Source: Candidatus Parcubacteria bacterium (GTDB lineage: Bacteria > Patescibacteriota > Patescibacteriia > UBA1558 > GWA2-36-10). From it: 64,000 nucleotides of DNA. The stretch covers positions 14,068-78,067 of the forward strand of contig JABJNO010000002.1 in assembly GCA_018664825.1 (NCBI GenBank), in the 5' to 3' direction. A program made the translations under genes and the position numbers. The notes beneath the pieces were generated by a model, which was not told the DNA's origin, made no database searches, and saw only the letters and a list, made by a program, of their open reading frames with translations. Numbering within the stretch: the first letter of the stretch is position 1; each line of letters starts with the position of its first letter. Below, piece by piece: positions 28,716 to 38,300 of the stretch.

Positions 28716-30248
28716 ATGAAAATAGATTTTGATAAAAATTATAAAATAATATTATTTTTGATAATATTATTGGGTTTTGGCTTACGTCTTATAAATATAA
28801 ATAAGGATGTTTTGTGGCAAGACGAAGCAGAAACAACCATCAACACTATCCAGGTAGTTGAAGATGGCTACCCTCACGGATATTTTGAAGGTAAGCCAAT
28901 ATTTGAAACAAAGGCTTATATAGAAATAGACGATCCTGTATACCAATACACTCCTACAAATTATTATGGCTCAAAATATGAAAACAACAAAGGTTGGCTA
29001 ACTTATTATTTTTTAGCTCCTTTTATAAAAATATTTGGTATTTCTGAGACAGCCACCCGACTACCTTTTTTTATCTTTTATATATTTACTACAATATCTA
29101 TATACCTGACATCTCAATTGCTTTTTAAAAACAAAAAGATATCGTTACTAGCATCTTTGTTATTCTCCATTGATTACTTTGCAATGATATACGGCAAACA
29201 AGCCAGGTATTATAGTATATTCATGTTCCTTCCTCTTGCCTCTTTCTATTTTAATTATCTATATATACATAGCAAAAAAACTATACACTTGTTTTGGTTA
29301 ACTACTTTTCTGATATTGACCTTTCACACCCATATTGTTTCCTTTATTTTTCTGATTTTATTTTATCTATACTATGACTTCATAAAAATAAAGAAAATAA
29401 AAATAAATAAAGCTTTTATTTTGAATGCTTTATATCTTTTGATTGCAACCGTACCTTGGTTGTTCTTGGTAAAATTTTGGGTGAACTTTCTTACCCATAG
29501 CGACATTTCAAACCCAAACGATGGTGTAAAAATTTTGTGGATTATAGGAGTTGTTATCTTTTGGCTGGCTATCAAATTTTATAAATACCTTACTAAGGGT
29601 AAATACAATATAGAGATAACAAAAATAATTCCCGAGCCACTGATTTATTTCTTTTGGCTTTATATTATTTTCTTACCGATTATCATCCCCTCCGAATCAT
29701 TTGCTATCCGTATATTTATACCTTTATTGCCATTTTTTTCTATTGTCTTTTCCCGTCTTGTATTTAAAATATTGAAAAACAAATCCAACCTAAAATATTT
29801 GACCACAATTGTCATATTTATACTTTCGTACATCTTTATTTTTACAATGCTCCGCCAATATACTCATTATGGAAAAACCAACTGGATAAAAAATGTTTTT
29901 GAATATGCTCAAAGTACAAACTTTGATCAAAAAAATGATATTATTTTATCTACTTGGCAAGACTTATCTCTAGCTTTTTATAGTGACTATGAAATATATA
30001 GGACAGAAACCCTAAGGGCTGATTTTGTAAACAACTATCCCAATAGGATATTATTTATCCTCCCTTATAAACACCTAGAAGAGCTCTGCCCAGAAGAAAA
30101 TAAAAAATTTGTCAGAGATCATAATTTTTGGATGCATTCCAGAGATTATTCTAAATTTATTCCTAGATTAGAAAAATGCTCCCAAAAAACCCTAGGAGCT
30201 GAAGTACTTATGTTTGATTGTCCGGCTTTAGAGAAAATTAGCAATTAA
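28716..30248 (+). CDS. GT-C (ArnT/PMT-like) multi-pass membrane glycosyltransferase
   Basis: LRL...LWQDE first-loop motif, FG.SE.A.RLP, ARYY; ~11 TM helices. Confidence 0.8.
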   Translation: MKIDFDKNYKIILFLIILLGFGLRLININKDVLWQDEAETTINTIQVVEDGYPHGYFEGKPIFETKAYIEIDDPVYQYTPTNYYGSKYENNKGWLTYYFLAPFIKIFGISETATRLPFFIFYIFTTISIYLTSQLLFKNKKISLLASLLFSIDYFAMIYGKQARYYSIFMFLPLASFYFNYLYIHSKKTIHLFWLTTFLILTFHTHIVSFIFLILFYLYYDFIKIKKIKINKAFILNALYLLIATVPWLFLVKFWVNFLTHSDISNPNDGVKILWIIGVVIFWLAIKFYKYLTKGKYNIEITKIIPEPLIYFFWLYIIFLPIIIPSESFAIRIFIPLLPFFSIVFSRLVFKILKNKSNLKYLTTIVIFILSYIFIFTMLRQYTHYGKTNWIKNVFEYAQSTNFDQKNDIILSTWQDLSLAFYSDYEIYRTETLRADFVNNYPNRILFILPYKHLEELCPEENKKFVRDHNFWMHSRDYSKFIPRLEKCSQKTLGAEVLMFDCPALEKISN

Positions 30249-31592
30249 AACAGATAGCATATAAAAAGATAAAAATAAAGCTACTGAAAATACAATTACA
30301 AGTCTCAATGCCCTGTGTTTAATAAAAGATAAAAAATAATTACTAAAAAATATTATCATCAAAGACATAACCGGAAAAAGATAGCGTCCCTGTATACCTA
30401 GGCCTGAATGACCTTTTTTTAAATAACCAAGATAATTATAAAAAAATACCACAAATATGTATGCCAAGGCTATTATAAAAGCCCAGAGCATTTTTTTATT
30501 TTTGGTTTTAAAATTAAATAACAAGGACATAAATAAAACACATATGAAAAATTTGGCTAACAAAAAATTTTCACGAAACGATGTGTGCTGCATATGCCCA
30601 GATAGATTAACCGTCCTATCAATTGTAAAATTAATCCAATTATAAGAATATTTTAAAATAGCAGACAGCCCTGCCTGAGGTTTTTCTAAGGTATTTGTAA
30701 AAATTTTATTTCTCTGAAATATATAATCCTCCTCCCAACATATTTGTTGGGTAAAAACAAGTTGGCAGTTAGGTAATATGTTTTTATAGTTTACAAAATT
30801 TTTAAAAAATATAAAAAAGTTACTCAAAAATAAAATAATTAATAAAGAAAGTAAAACCGTAAATTTAAGTTTATTTTTATAAAATAAGCTTTTTAGACTT
30901 TGCCAAACAAATTGTTGGTTTTTAATAATTTGCCAAATTAAAACAATGCCTATTATTCCTGCCAATGGTAAAAAAGTAAACTTGGTTAGTACTCCTAATA
31001 GTATAAAAATTAAAATAATAAATAAATACTCTATTTTCTTTTTATCAATAAATCTAAATAAATAATAAAGACTAATAATGCTAACTAAGTTAACTAAATT
31101 ATCATAAGATACCGCAGCTGAAAGAAATAAAAACATCGGTATAATAACATGCAATAAAAAAGCAACGGTTACTAAGCCTTTGTCTTTTAGAATTAGTAGC
31201 GCTAATTTGTAAAAGAAATAAAGATATAAAAGTGAAAATAATATGTTAATAAAACGTAAGAATAGTAAATCTGAAATGTTAAAAAAATTTAGATGCAATA
31301 ACCTACCCAACGACCAATGATAAAAAAAGGAAGATTTACTTCGAATACTATAATAAGCCCTCTTCATTGGTTCTGGGGCTATATCGGGATTTGTTGCTTG
31401 AAGTAATTCATCATCTTCCAAAAAGAAATGTGGAGAATTCTTAAAATTATTTATCTGATTAAAATGAAAAACCTCATCTGGTGGTGCACCAAATTGTACA
31501 TTATTTGCCAAATACAAAGTAATCAAAACGAAAAAAAACATTAATAAGAATATTGTATATTTTGCCCATTTATTTTTTATCTTTTCTAGCAT
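30228..31592 (-). CDS. GT-C-like multi-pass membrane glycosyltransferase
   Basis: PPDE..H first-loop motif, VSYDNL, LTK, QGRYLFP; many TM helices. Confidence 0.75.
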   Translation of the reverse strand: MLEKIKNKWAKYTIFLLMFFFVLITLYLANNVQFGAPPDEVFHFNQINNFKNSPHFFLEDDELLQATNPDIAPEPMKRAYYSIRSKSSFFYHWSLGRLLHLNFFNISDLLFLRFINILFSLLYLYFFYKLALLILKDKGLVTVAFLLHVIIPMFLFLSAAVSYDNLVNLVSIISLYYLFRFIDKKKIEYLFIILIFILLGVLTKFTFLPLAGIIGIVLIWQIIKNQQFVWQSLKSLFYKNKLKFTVLLSLLIILFLSNFFIFFKNFVNYKNILPNCQLVFTQQICWEEDYIFQRNKIFTNTLEKPQAGLSAILKYSYNWINFTIDRTVNLSGHMQHTSFRENFLLAKFFICVLFMSLLFNFKTKNKKMLWAFIIALAYIFVVFFYNYLGYLKKGHSGLGIQGRYLFPVMSLMIIFFSNYFLSFIKHRALRLVIVFSVALFLSFYMLSVLIANFL

Positions 31593-31723
31593 TCAAATAT
31601 AATAAAAATATCTACTAATATTATATAATAAATGATGCAAATATACTAATATGGTATTGTCTTTTTTACTATATTTATGCTTTAATACACTATATAATAT
31701 ACTGAATAAACTAAACTATTTAG

Positions 31724-32698
31724 ATGGACATGTTGCATAACAATAAAAAACTCATAGTTATAATACCAGCCTATAATGAGGCCGCTCATATAGCTATGGT
31801 TATCAAAGATGTGCCCAGAAGCTTGGATAAAATATCCGAAGTATTAGTTTTGGTCTCTGATGATGGCTCTACAGATGATACGGTCAAGATAGCCAAAGAA
31901 ACTAAGGCAGATTACATTATCTCCAATAAACATAACATGGGACTTGGTAAAAATTTCCAAATCGCTATAGAAAAAGCATTGTCCCTGGGTGCTGATATTA
32001 TTGTTAATATAGATGGTGATGGTCAATTTGATGCCCAAGATATAAAAAAACTGATACTACCAATAGTAAATAATGAAGCTGATATGGTCACCGGTTCTAG
32101 ATTTAGTAATAAGAAAGATAGTAAAAATGTACCCCTCATAAAAAGATTCGGCAATTATGCTTTTACTAAATTGATAAACCTCATTACTAAACAAAAATTC
32201 ACAGATACCCAATGCGGCTTTAGAGCTTACTCAAAAAGAGCAGCCTTAAAATTAAATTTATTTGGCCGCTTTACCTATACTCAAGAAACTTTTATTGACC
32301 TTGCTGAAAAAGAAATAATAATAAAAGAAGTACCTATATCCGTAAAATATTTTGACGACCGAAAATCACATATTTCCGGTAATTTGATAAGTTATGGTTT
32401 TAAGAGCTTAGCCATAGTTGCCAATACCCTACGAGATACCCAGCCAATAATGTTCTTTGGCTTTCCTGGAACCACTCTACTGAGCCTAGGGTTTGTTGGT
32501 GGTTTATACTCTTTTATATACTGGCTAATAAACCATCAAACTACACCTATTAAAACTCTATTTATAATAGCTGTCTTCTTTATGACCTTTGGCTTGATGC
32601 TAATCATATTTGGCTTACTAGCTGATATGATAAAAAGAGTCAAAAAAAATCAGGAAGAGATCCTGTACAAATTAAAGAAAAAAGAATTTAAAAAATAA
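31724..32698 (+). CDS. GT2 glycosyltransferase with two C-terminal TM helices
   Basis: IPAYNE, DDGSTD, NIDGDGQF, DTQCGFRAY. Confidence 0.9.
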   Translation: MDMLHNNKKLIVIIPAYNEAAHIAMVIKDVPRSLDKISEVLVLVSDDGSTDDTVKIAKETKADYIISNKHNMGLGKNFQIAIEKALSLGADIIVNIDGDGQFDAQDIKKLILPIVNNEADMVTGSRFSNKKDSKNVPLIKRFGNYAFTKLINLITKQKFTDTQCGFRAYSKRAALKLNLFGRFTYTQETFIDLAEKEIIIKEVPISVKYFDDRKSHISGNLISYGFKSLAIVANTLRDTQPIMFFGFPGTTLLSLGFVGGLYSFIYWLINHQTTPIKTLFIIAVFFMTFGLMLIIFGLLADMIKRVKKNQEEILYKLKKKEFKK

Positions 32699-32704
32699 TT
32701 TTAT

Positions 32705-33781
32705 CTAAACAAACCTTTTTATATTATCTACTATGATATCTGAAGGACCAACATCAGCAACGATTGTTGGTTTTTTATATTTATGATAATTATAAACAAA
32801 ATTTTTGATAACACTTTTGTCATAACCCGACAAAACTACATTAGCTTTTAGCCCTTCTTGTCTTTCGGTTTTTTTACGAAGTAATAAACACGGCTTACCT
32901 AAGAAAAAAGCCTCCTCTTGATTACTACCACCATCACTAATCAAAAACTCTGAATTGATAACTAACTCAATAAAAGAAAAATAATCATATCGTGGCCTAA
33001 GTTCTATATTTTTGTTGTTATCCAATCTATGAAATAAACCATGTTTTAATAATTGTTTTTTAGTTGGAGGGTGCATAATAAATAAAATTTTTATATCCTT
33101 GGCTATATCCTCAATTATTGCAATTACCTCTTTTAATTTACTTAACCTAAAAATATTTTCATACCTGTGTATTGAGGCTACGGCGAATTTTTCTCCAGGA
33201 ATATCTAAATTATTATTATTTTTGTCTTTAGCTATAATCAAAGAATCATACAAAGTATTAAGATGAGTGTTTATTTTTTTACCTTTATATCTTTTTAAAA
33301 TACCCAGGGCCCAATCACCAGGACAAAAATAATAATCTGTCATAAAAAAAACTAATACCCTGATTATTTCTTCTGGAAATGGATGAAAATAATTATATGA
33401 TCTCAAGCCTGATTCAACGTGACCGCTCTTTAGGCCAGCCACTTTTGCCAATAAAGTCCCCAATAAAGTACTGAAAGTATCACCATGATTTAAAACAATT
33501 CCATCTTTATCATTTTTGAAAATGTTCTTTTTGTTACTTAAAACTTTAAAAATAATTTTAAACCCCCAAGTAACCATCTGAAATATATTTGTGATTTCTG
33601 GTCCTTTGTATAAAACAACATCAGGTTCTTTTATACCAAAATTTGCCCTCAAGTCATCTACGGTCTCCTTGTGCTGCCCTGTAAATATATAATTATAATA
33701 CATCCCTCTTTTTTGGAGAGTAGACATTATGGGTGCCATTTTTATCAACTGAGCCTTTGTACCTACTATGATATGAATCAT
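32705..33781 (-). CDS. UDP-N-acetylglucosamine 2-epimerase family protein
   Basis: IVGTKAQLIKMAP, TGQH, HGDT, HVESGLRS, PFPEE, SDGGSNQEE, TERQEG. Confidence 0.85.
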   Translation of the reverse strand: MIHIIVGTKAQLIKMAPIMSTLQKRGMYYNYIFTGQHKETVDDLRANFGIKEPDVVLYKGPEITNIFQMVTWGFKIIFKVLSNKKNIFKNDKDGIVLNHGDTFSTLLGTLLAKVAGLKSGHVESGLRSYNYFHPFPEEIIRVLVFFMTDYYFCPGDWALGILKRYKGKKINTHLNTLYDSLIIAKDKNNNNLDIPGEKFAVASIHRYENIFRLSKLKEVIAIIEDIAKDIKILFIMHPPTKKQLLKHGLFHRLDNNKNIELRPRYDYFSFIELVINSEFLISDGGSNQEEAFFLGKPCLLLRKKTERQEGLKANVVLSGYDKSVIKNFVYNYHKYKKPTIVADVGPSDIIVDNIKRFV

Positions 33782-33786
33782 GTGTA

Positions 33787-34974
33787 TTATTTAGATTTTT
33801 TATATAAATAAACAAAATTTGCACTCTCTTCCTTCTTTAGAAGGTCTAGTTTATTATCATAATTAATATTTATACTAGAAACATAATCTATTTTTGCTAT
33901 CAATTCTTTTGCTTGAAAATTTTTGGGATTTATAAAAAAATTATCCTTATTATCCCTAGGTTCAATTACTCTATCAATAAAATTATACACCTTACTGGAA
34001 TAGTCTATGGCTACAAAAGGTATTTTATTCATAAAAGAAAATATCAAAGAATGAAACCTCATACAAAGAGCAACGTCTGCATATTTTATTACTCCATATA
34101 TCTGTTGTAATGAATAAACATCTGAAAATAAAAAAATATTTTTCTTAACTTTAATTAAATCTATTACTTCTTTGTGAATTTTATTATCTACTTTATTATA
34201 AAAGGGTAGAAATAATATTTGATAATCCTTGTTTTGTAAATATTCTAAAGTTTGAGATATTTTTGTTATAAAAGAAAGATGCTTTTGCTTGTCTTTTTTT
34301 GTCCGAAAATTTAATCTTCTTACAATACTTGCTGGTAACAAAGCATAATGACTAAAATAATCACGCAAGCAAACAACTATTATTTTTTTATCTAAATTTA
34401 AATTATTTTTTATTAGAAGATCTTTTGCATCATACTCTGACAATAAATCATCAAGACTCGTAGCTGGGTCTGCTGTTACTTTAATATTAGCCTTGTCTAC
34501 TCCAATTTTTTCTAACAACTCTTTTGACTGTTTGTCTCTTACTGTAATCCCAACAGATGTGTTCATAATCATCTTTACTAGCACCCTACTAATTTTATAT
34601 TGCAATGGCCCTACTCCAATAGCGTAAAAAAATATTTTTTTCCTTAATAATTTAGCAATAATAATTCTAGAAAAAAAGAAGGGTATGTTGAATATACTTG
34701 TTTGATCTTGAATTATACCACCACCACCACAAACAAAAATTTGTGAATTAAGGATAGCCTTTATAGAACTAACAATACTACTATTGTATATATTAAAATT
34801 TTTATTTTTAAAATTTTCTAATATTTTTTTAGTATTATTTATATTAAATGAAATAATACTAATATGCTCAACTTTCGGGCTCACCTCTTTGATAACAGCA
34901 CAAAAAATAGCTTCATCGCCCATGTTCTCAGAGCCAATAAAAGAAAAAATGCAAACGTTCTTTTTGATAAACAT
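33787..34974 (-). CDS. Polysaccharide pyruvyl transferase family (CsaB-like)
   Basis: N.GDEAI, GGGGIIQD, IGVGPL, ITVRD..S, TADP, MRFHSLI. Confidence 0.85.
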   Translation of the reverse strand: MFIKKNVCIFSFIGSENMGDEAIFCAVIKEVSPKVEHISIISFNINNTKKILENFKNKNFNIYNSSIVSSIKAILNSQIFVCGGGGIIQDQTSIFNIPFFFSRIIIAKLLRKKIFFYAIGVGPLQYKISRVLVKMIMNTSVGITVRDKQSKELLEKIGVDKANIKVTADPATSLDDLLSEYDAKDLLIKNNLNLDKKIIVVCLRDYFSHYALLPASIVRRLNFRTKKDKQKHLSFITKISQTLEYLQNKDYQILFLPFYNKVDNKIHKEVIDLIKVKKNIFLFSDVYSLQQIYGVIKYADVALCMRFHSLIFSFMNKIPFVAIDYSSKVYNFIDRVIEPRDNKDNFFINPKNFQAKELIAKIDYVSSININYDNKLDLLKKEESANFVYLYKKSK

Positions 34975-35049
34975 ACTATTATTAAATCATAATCTGTAAT
35001 ATTATAACATACCCCACACAAACACCCCATATAACAAAGCTTATAATCC

Positions 35050-35106
35050 TTGACATAGTTCATAAAAACCAGTATATTATCAGGTACGTTAGTTGTTCTC
35101 TCACAA
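35050..35106 (+). promoter_or_regulatory. sigma70 promoter plus boxA-like motif
   Basis: TTGACA 35050, 17 bp, TATATT 35073; GTTCTCTCACAA 35095. Confidence 0.6.
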
Positions 35107-35201
35107 AAAAACCCAAGAAAGAAGGTAATTCTGGTCTAAAAACAGCAAAAAGTTCAATAATTCACACTTCTTCACACCAAACGAACTAGGGGGCTGTCAA
35201 C

Positions 35202-35963
35202 ATGAATAAACAGCCAGACAACTCTGGGGTCACCTATGTTTATATCGATGGCGAAAATATTTTCTTTTCCGTGCGTAACCACTATGGTTGTAATATCAAC
35301 TTTTACCAGTTGATTAATTGGCTCGAAGCCCGTTTCGGAAACGTAAAGATTTACTTCTTTGCCCATTTTTCAAATGACCCACCTGGTCTCCTATACGAGA
35401 CAAAACAATTTCTACTCACTCAAATCAATACCCATGTAATCGATACTCGCGTCAGGGAACAAGCCGGCAAAGAAGAGGCTGATATTTCCATGAAGCATGC
35501 TATCGAACAGGGTATTATAGGCCCGTTCAAAAACCAACCTGAGTGCAGCAAATGTGTAATCATGACCGGCGACGGAACTTTTGTGCAAACCGCTCAAAGA
35601 GTTCAGGCTGACCTGAATATACCAGTGCTGGTGATTGGCGAAGAGGGTACTATCAAAAATTGGTATCGAGATGCAGGGATTACAGTAGAACACCTCAGTC
35701 CTACTAGCAATGATCTCCTGATCGTTACCAACCTTGATGCTGATATTATTCGGATGGTTACCCAAGGTAGCCCCATCGAATATGATCAATTGGTCAGCAT
35801 TCTTGTTGATAAATACTCCTCTGATCCTACTGCTCAGAATGACCCACGAATCAGAGCTTTCCGCCAAAAAATGGTGGAAAAAAGAATAGAGATGCTTGTT
35901 GGCTCCGGAACACTACGAAAGGACTCCAGTGCCCCTACCACCACAGTATCTATACCTTCTTAA
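35202..35963 (+). CDS. NYN (LabA/DUF88, PIN-like) domain protein with probable C-terminal winged helix
   Basis: YIDGEN, KEEADISM, MTGDGTF, VLVIG motifs. Confidence 0.8.
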   Translation: MNKQPDNSGVTYVYIDGENIFFSVRNHYGCNINFYQLINWLEARFGNVKIYFFAHFSNDPPGLLYETKQFLLTQINTHVIDTRVREQAGKEEADISMKHAIEQGIIGPFKNQPECSKCVIMTGDGTFVQTAQRVQADLNIPVLVIGEEGTIKNWYRDAGITVEHLSPTSNDLLIVTNLDADIIRMVTQGSPIEYDQLVSILVDKYSSDPTAQNDPRIRAFRQKMVEKRIEMLVGSGTLRKDSSAPTTTVSIPS

Positions 35964-35968
35964 CATAT

Positions 35969-36002
35969 AACCCGCCTTGAAAGGAATCAAGGCGGGTTTT
36001 TT
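35969..36002 (+). terminator. Terminator after NYN gene
   Basis: AACCCGCCTTGA..TCAAGGCGGGTT followed by T tract. Confidence 0.85.
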
Positions 36003-36032
36003 ATTTTGTCTTAGAATATGATATAATACTCG

Positions 36033-36223
36033 TAGAGTTGTTCATTGTCCCATTCTAAACAAGCTACCAGCTACAACTAAAGCATATTATTTTAAATAAA
36101 ATAATATAAAAACTAAAAAATAGTTGTGTTGATAGTAGGATTTGGAAAAAAATACAATTTAACAAAAATCACATGGAAGTTTTTTGAGACTCTATCTACT
36201 TTGGGGCGGATAGAGTCTTTTTT
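36033..36223 (+). ncRNA. Candidate structured ncRNA (~190 nt, long irregular rod)
   Basis: Extended -10 TGnTATAAT at 36019-36027; nested pairings 36038-36165; own + strand terminator 36186-36223; no ORF. Confidence 0.5.
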
Positions 36224-36244
36224 GTTCCTGTGATTTTAAAAAAG

Positions 36245-37285
36245 TTATTTCAATCTATTTTTGCTAATAAACATAGCATCACCAAAAGAGAAAAATCTAT
36301 ATTTTTTAGCAACTGCTTTTTTGTATGTTTTTATTATTAGTTCACGAGTAGCTAGTGCTGACACCATAAAGAGTAGCGAGCTCTTTGGTAGATGAAAATT
36401 GGTAATTAAATCATCAACAAATCTATACTTATACCCTGGGTATATATAAATATCCACCCACTTGTCTCCAGATTGTAGTTTTCCTGTTTTAGCAGAAAAA
36501 GCCTCGAGAGTACGAGCCGAGGTAGTACCTATGGCTATGATATTTTTACTTTGTTTTTTTAATTTATTCAAAGCATCGACGGTCTTTTGATCAATACTGG
36601 CCCACTCATGATGAATTTTATGTTTTTTGATATCACTTACTTCTACTGGAGCAAAAGTACCCAGGGACACATGCAATGTCACTTTAAAAATTTTGACTCC
36701 TTTTTTCTCAAGTTGTTTTAAAACTTTTTTAGTAAAATGGAGACCAGCCGTAGGTGCAGCGACCGAACCAGTACTTTTGGCATAGATAGTCTGATAATCT
36801 TTTTTGATTTGCTGAGTATCCTTGGTTTTGATATATGGAGGTAGCGGCGTGTGACCAATGGCCTCTATTATTTTATCTAGCGCTTTGCCAGATTTATCAA
36901 ATTTTATTTGTTTTGTTTTGCCATCTATATCTTTGATTATCTGGGCTCTTAGTTTTTTGTCTAAATAAATAAAATCTCCGACTGCCAAATTTCGGCCGCC
37001 GATCATCGCTTGATATTCTGCAGTGTTTATCCTTTCGGTCAACAAAATTTCTACTTTGCCCCCTGTCTTTTTCTGTCCATACAATCTAGCTGGGAATACC
37101 TTTGTTTCATTGACCACCAAAACATCATCTTCTGTCAGATAGTCTACTAAGTCATAAAAATGCTTGTGAGCTATTTTTTGACTAGCTATATCCAAAACAA
37201 GCAACCGAGAATGGTCACGCGGCTTTATTTGTTTTTGAGCAATTAAATTGCTTGGTAATTTGTAATCAAATAATTTTATATCCAT
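36245..37285 (-). CDS. queA: S-adenosylmethionine:tRNA ribosyltransferase-isomerase
   Basis: FDYKLP..LIAQ, TKVFPARL, PLPPYI, GSVAAPTAGLHF, TNFHLPKS, YRFFSFGDAM. Confidence 0.97.
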   Translation of the reverse strand: MDIKLFDYKLPSNLIAQKQIKPRDHSRLLVLDIASQKIAHKHFYDLVDYLTEDDVLVVNETKVFPARLYGQKKTGGKVEILLTERINTAEYQAMIGGRNLAVGDFIYLDKKLRAQIIKDIDGKTKQIKFDKSGKALDKIIEAIGHTPLPPYIKTKDTQQIKKDYQTIYAKSTGSVAAPTAGLHFTKKVLKQLEKKGVKIFKVTLHVSLGTFAPVEVSDIKKHKIHHEWASIDQKTVDALNKLKKQSKNIIAIGTTSARTLEAFSAKTGKLQSGDKWVDIYIYPGYKYRFVDDLITNFHLPKSSLLFMVSALATRELIIKTYKKAVAKKYRFFSFGDAMFISKNRLK

Positions 37286-37303
37286 AAGAATATTATAAAA
37301 TAA

Positions 37304-37342
37304 AGCGGCCGAGTTCGTCAAAGATGAACTCGGCCGTAAAAA
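37304..37342 (-). terminator. Terminator after orphan membrane gene
   Basis: GCGGCCGAGTTC..GAACTCGGCCGT long stem. Confidence 0.75.
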
Positions 37343-37343
37343 C

Positions 37344-37688
37344 TCAATGAGAGGCTGGAGGGTGTGTCATGAGGTAATAAAAATTACCAAAACCAATTGC
37401 AAATATGCAGGCTCCTCCAAGAAGCATGATGCTCTTAACTTCTTTTGGGACTTTATCCAAATCAATATTGATAATACCAACCTTGGCACAGATGACAAAA
37501 AGTCCATAAAAAGTTGCAGCAGCAGAAGCAAATATAACAAACAATACCAAGAATGCTCTAAAGAGAGCTAGAAATGATTCTTCAAAATAAAATAACTGGA
37601 TAAAAACATTAGCAGCAGTCAGGCATAACAATAATAAAATGTGCATAATGACAAACTTTTTGAAGTCTCTTTTTTCCGGGTTACTCAT
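37344..37688 (-). CDS. Small hypothetical 3-TM membrane protein
   Basis: Three hydrophobic segments; AAGGAGG SD; promoter TTGACA(37766-37761)/TAATCT. Confidence 0.7.
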   Translation of the reverse strand: MSNPEKRDFKKFVIMHILLLLCLTAANVFIQLFYFEESFLALFRAFLVLFVIFASAAATFYGLFVICAKVGIINIDLDKVPKEVKSIMLLGGACIFAIGFGNFYYLMTHPPASH

Positions 37689-37762
37689 TGGTCAGCCTCC
37701 TTGTTGTGTGAAAAGATCTATTATTTTATCTAACAAAAGATTACTCAAATTATGTTTTTATG

Positions 37763-38299
37763 TCAATCGCGTCGTGAATGGATACAACCACAATAATTTT
37801 GACGATAGAAGCCCTCTTCTCGGGACATGCTACAGGCTATTTTGTATCCTTCCTGTTTTTTCCAATCACGATCCACAAAATCTATACCGTATTCTTCTTC
37901 TAGCTGTTTTCCGATATCAGATATTTTTTGATAATTTTTGTGTGGGCTGATAGAAAGTGATGTTGCCCACGCATCGTACCCGAGCTCTTTGGCTTTTTGG
38001 ATTGTTCCTCGCAAACGAATCCCAAAGCAAACATCGCAACGCTTACCTTTTTCTGGCTCGTGCTCGAGTCCCTTGGTCTTATCAAACCAATTGGCAGTAT
38101 CATACTCACCTTCTATAAATTCTATATTATTCTTATCAAGATATTTTTGAATTTCATTTTTTCTTGCAAGAAATTCTTTGCGAGGATGAATATTTGGATT
38201 AAAATAATAAACAGTTACCTCAAAATCTCTTGATAACTGTTCTATTACGTATATGACACAAGGTCCACAACAAGTATGTAAAAGTAATTTTGCTTTCAT
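37763..38299 (-). CDS. queH: Epoxyqueuosine reductase QueH
   Basis: LLHTCCGPC, FNPNIHP, EPEKGKRC..C, SPHK, YRQNYCGC. Confidence 0.93.
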   Translation of the reverse strand: MKAKLLLHTCCGPCVIYVIEQLSRDFEVTVYYFNPNIHPRKEFLARKNEIQKYLDKNNIEFIEGEYDTANWFDKTKGLEHEPEKGKRCDVCFGIRLRGTIQKAKELGYDAWATSLSISPHKNYQKISDIGKQLEEEYGIDFVDRDWKKQEGYKIACSMSREEGFYRQNYCGCIHSRRD

Positions 38300-38300
38300 C

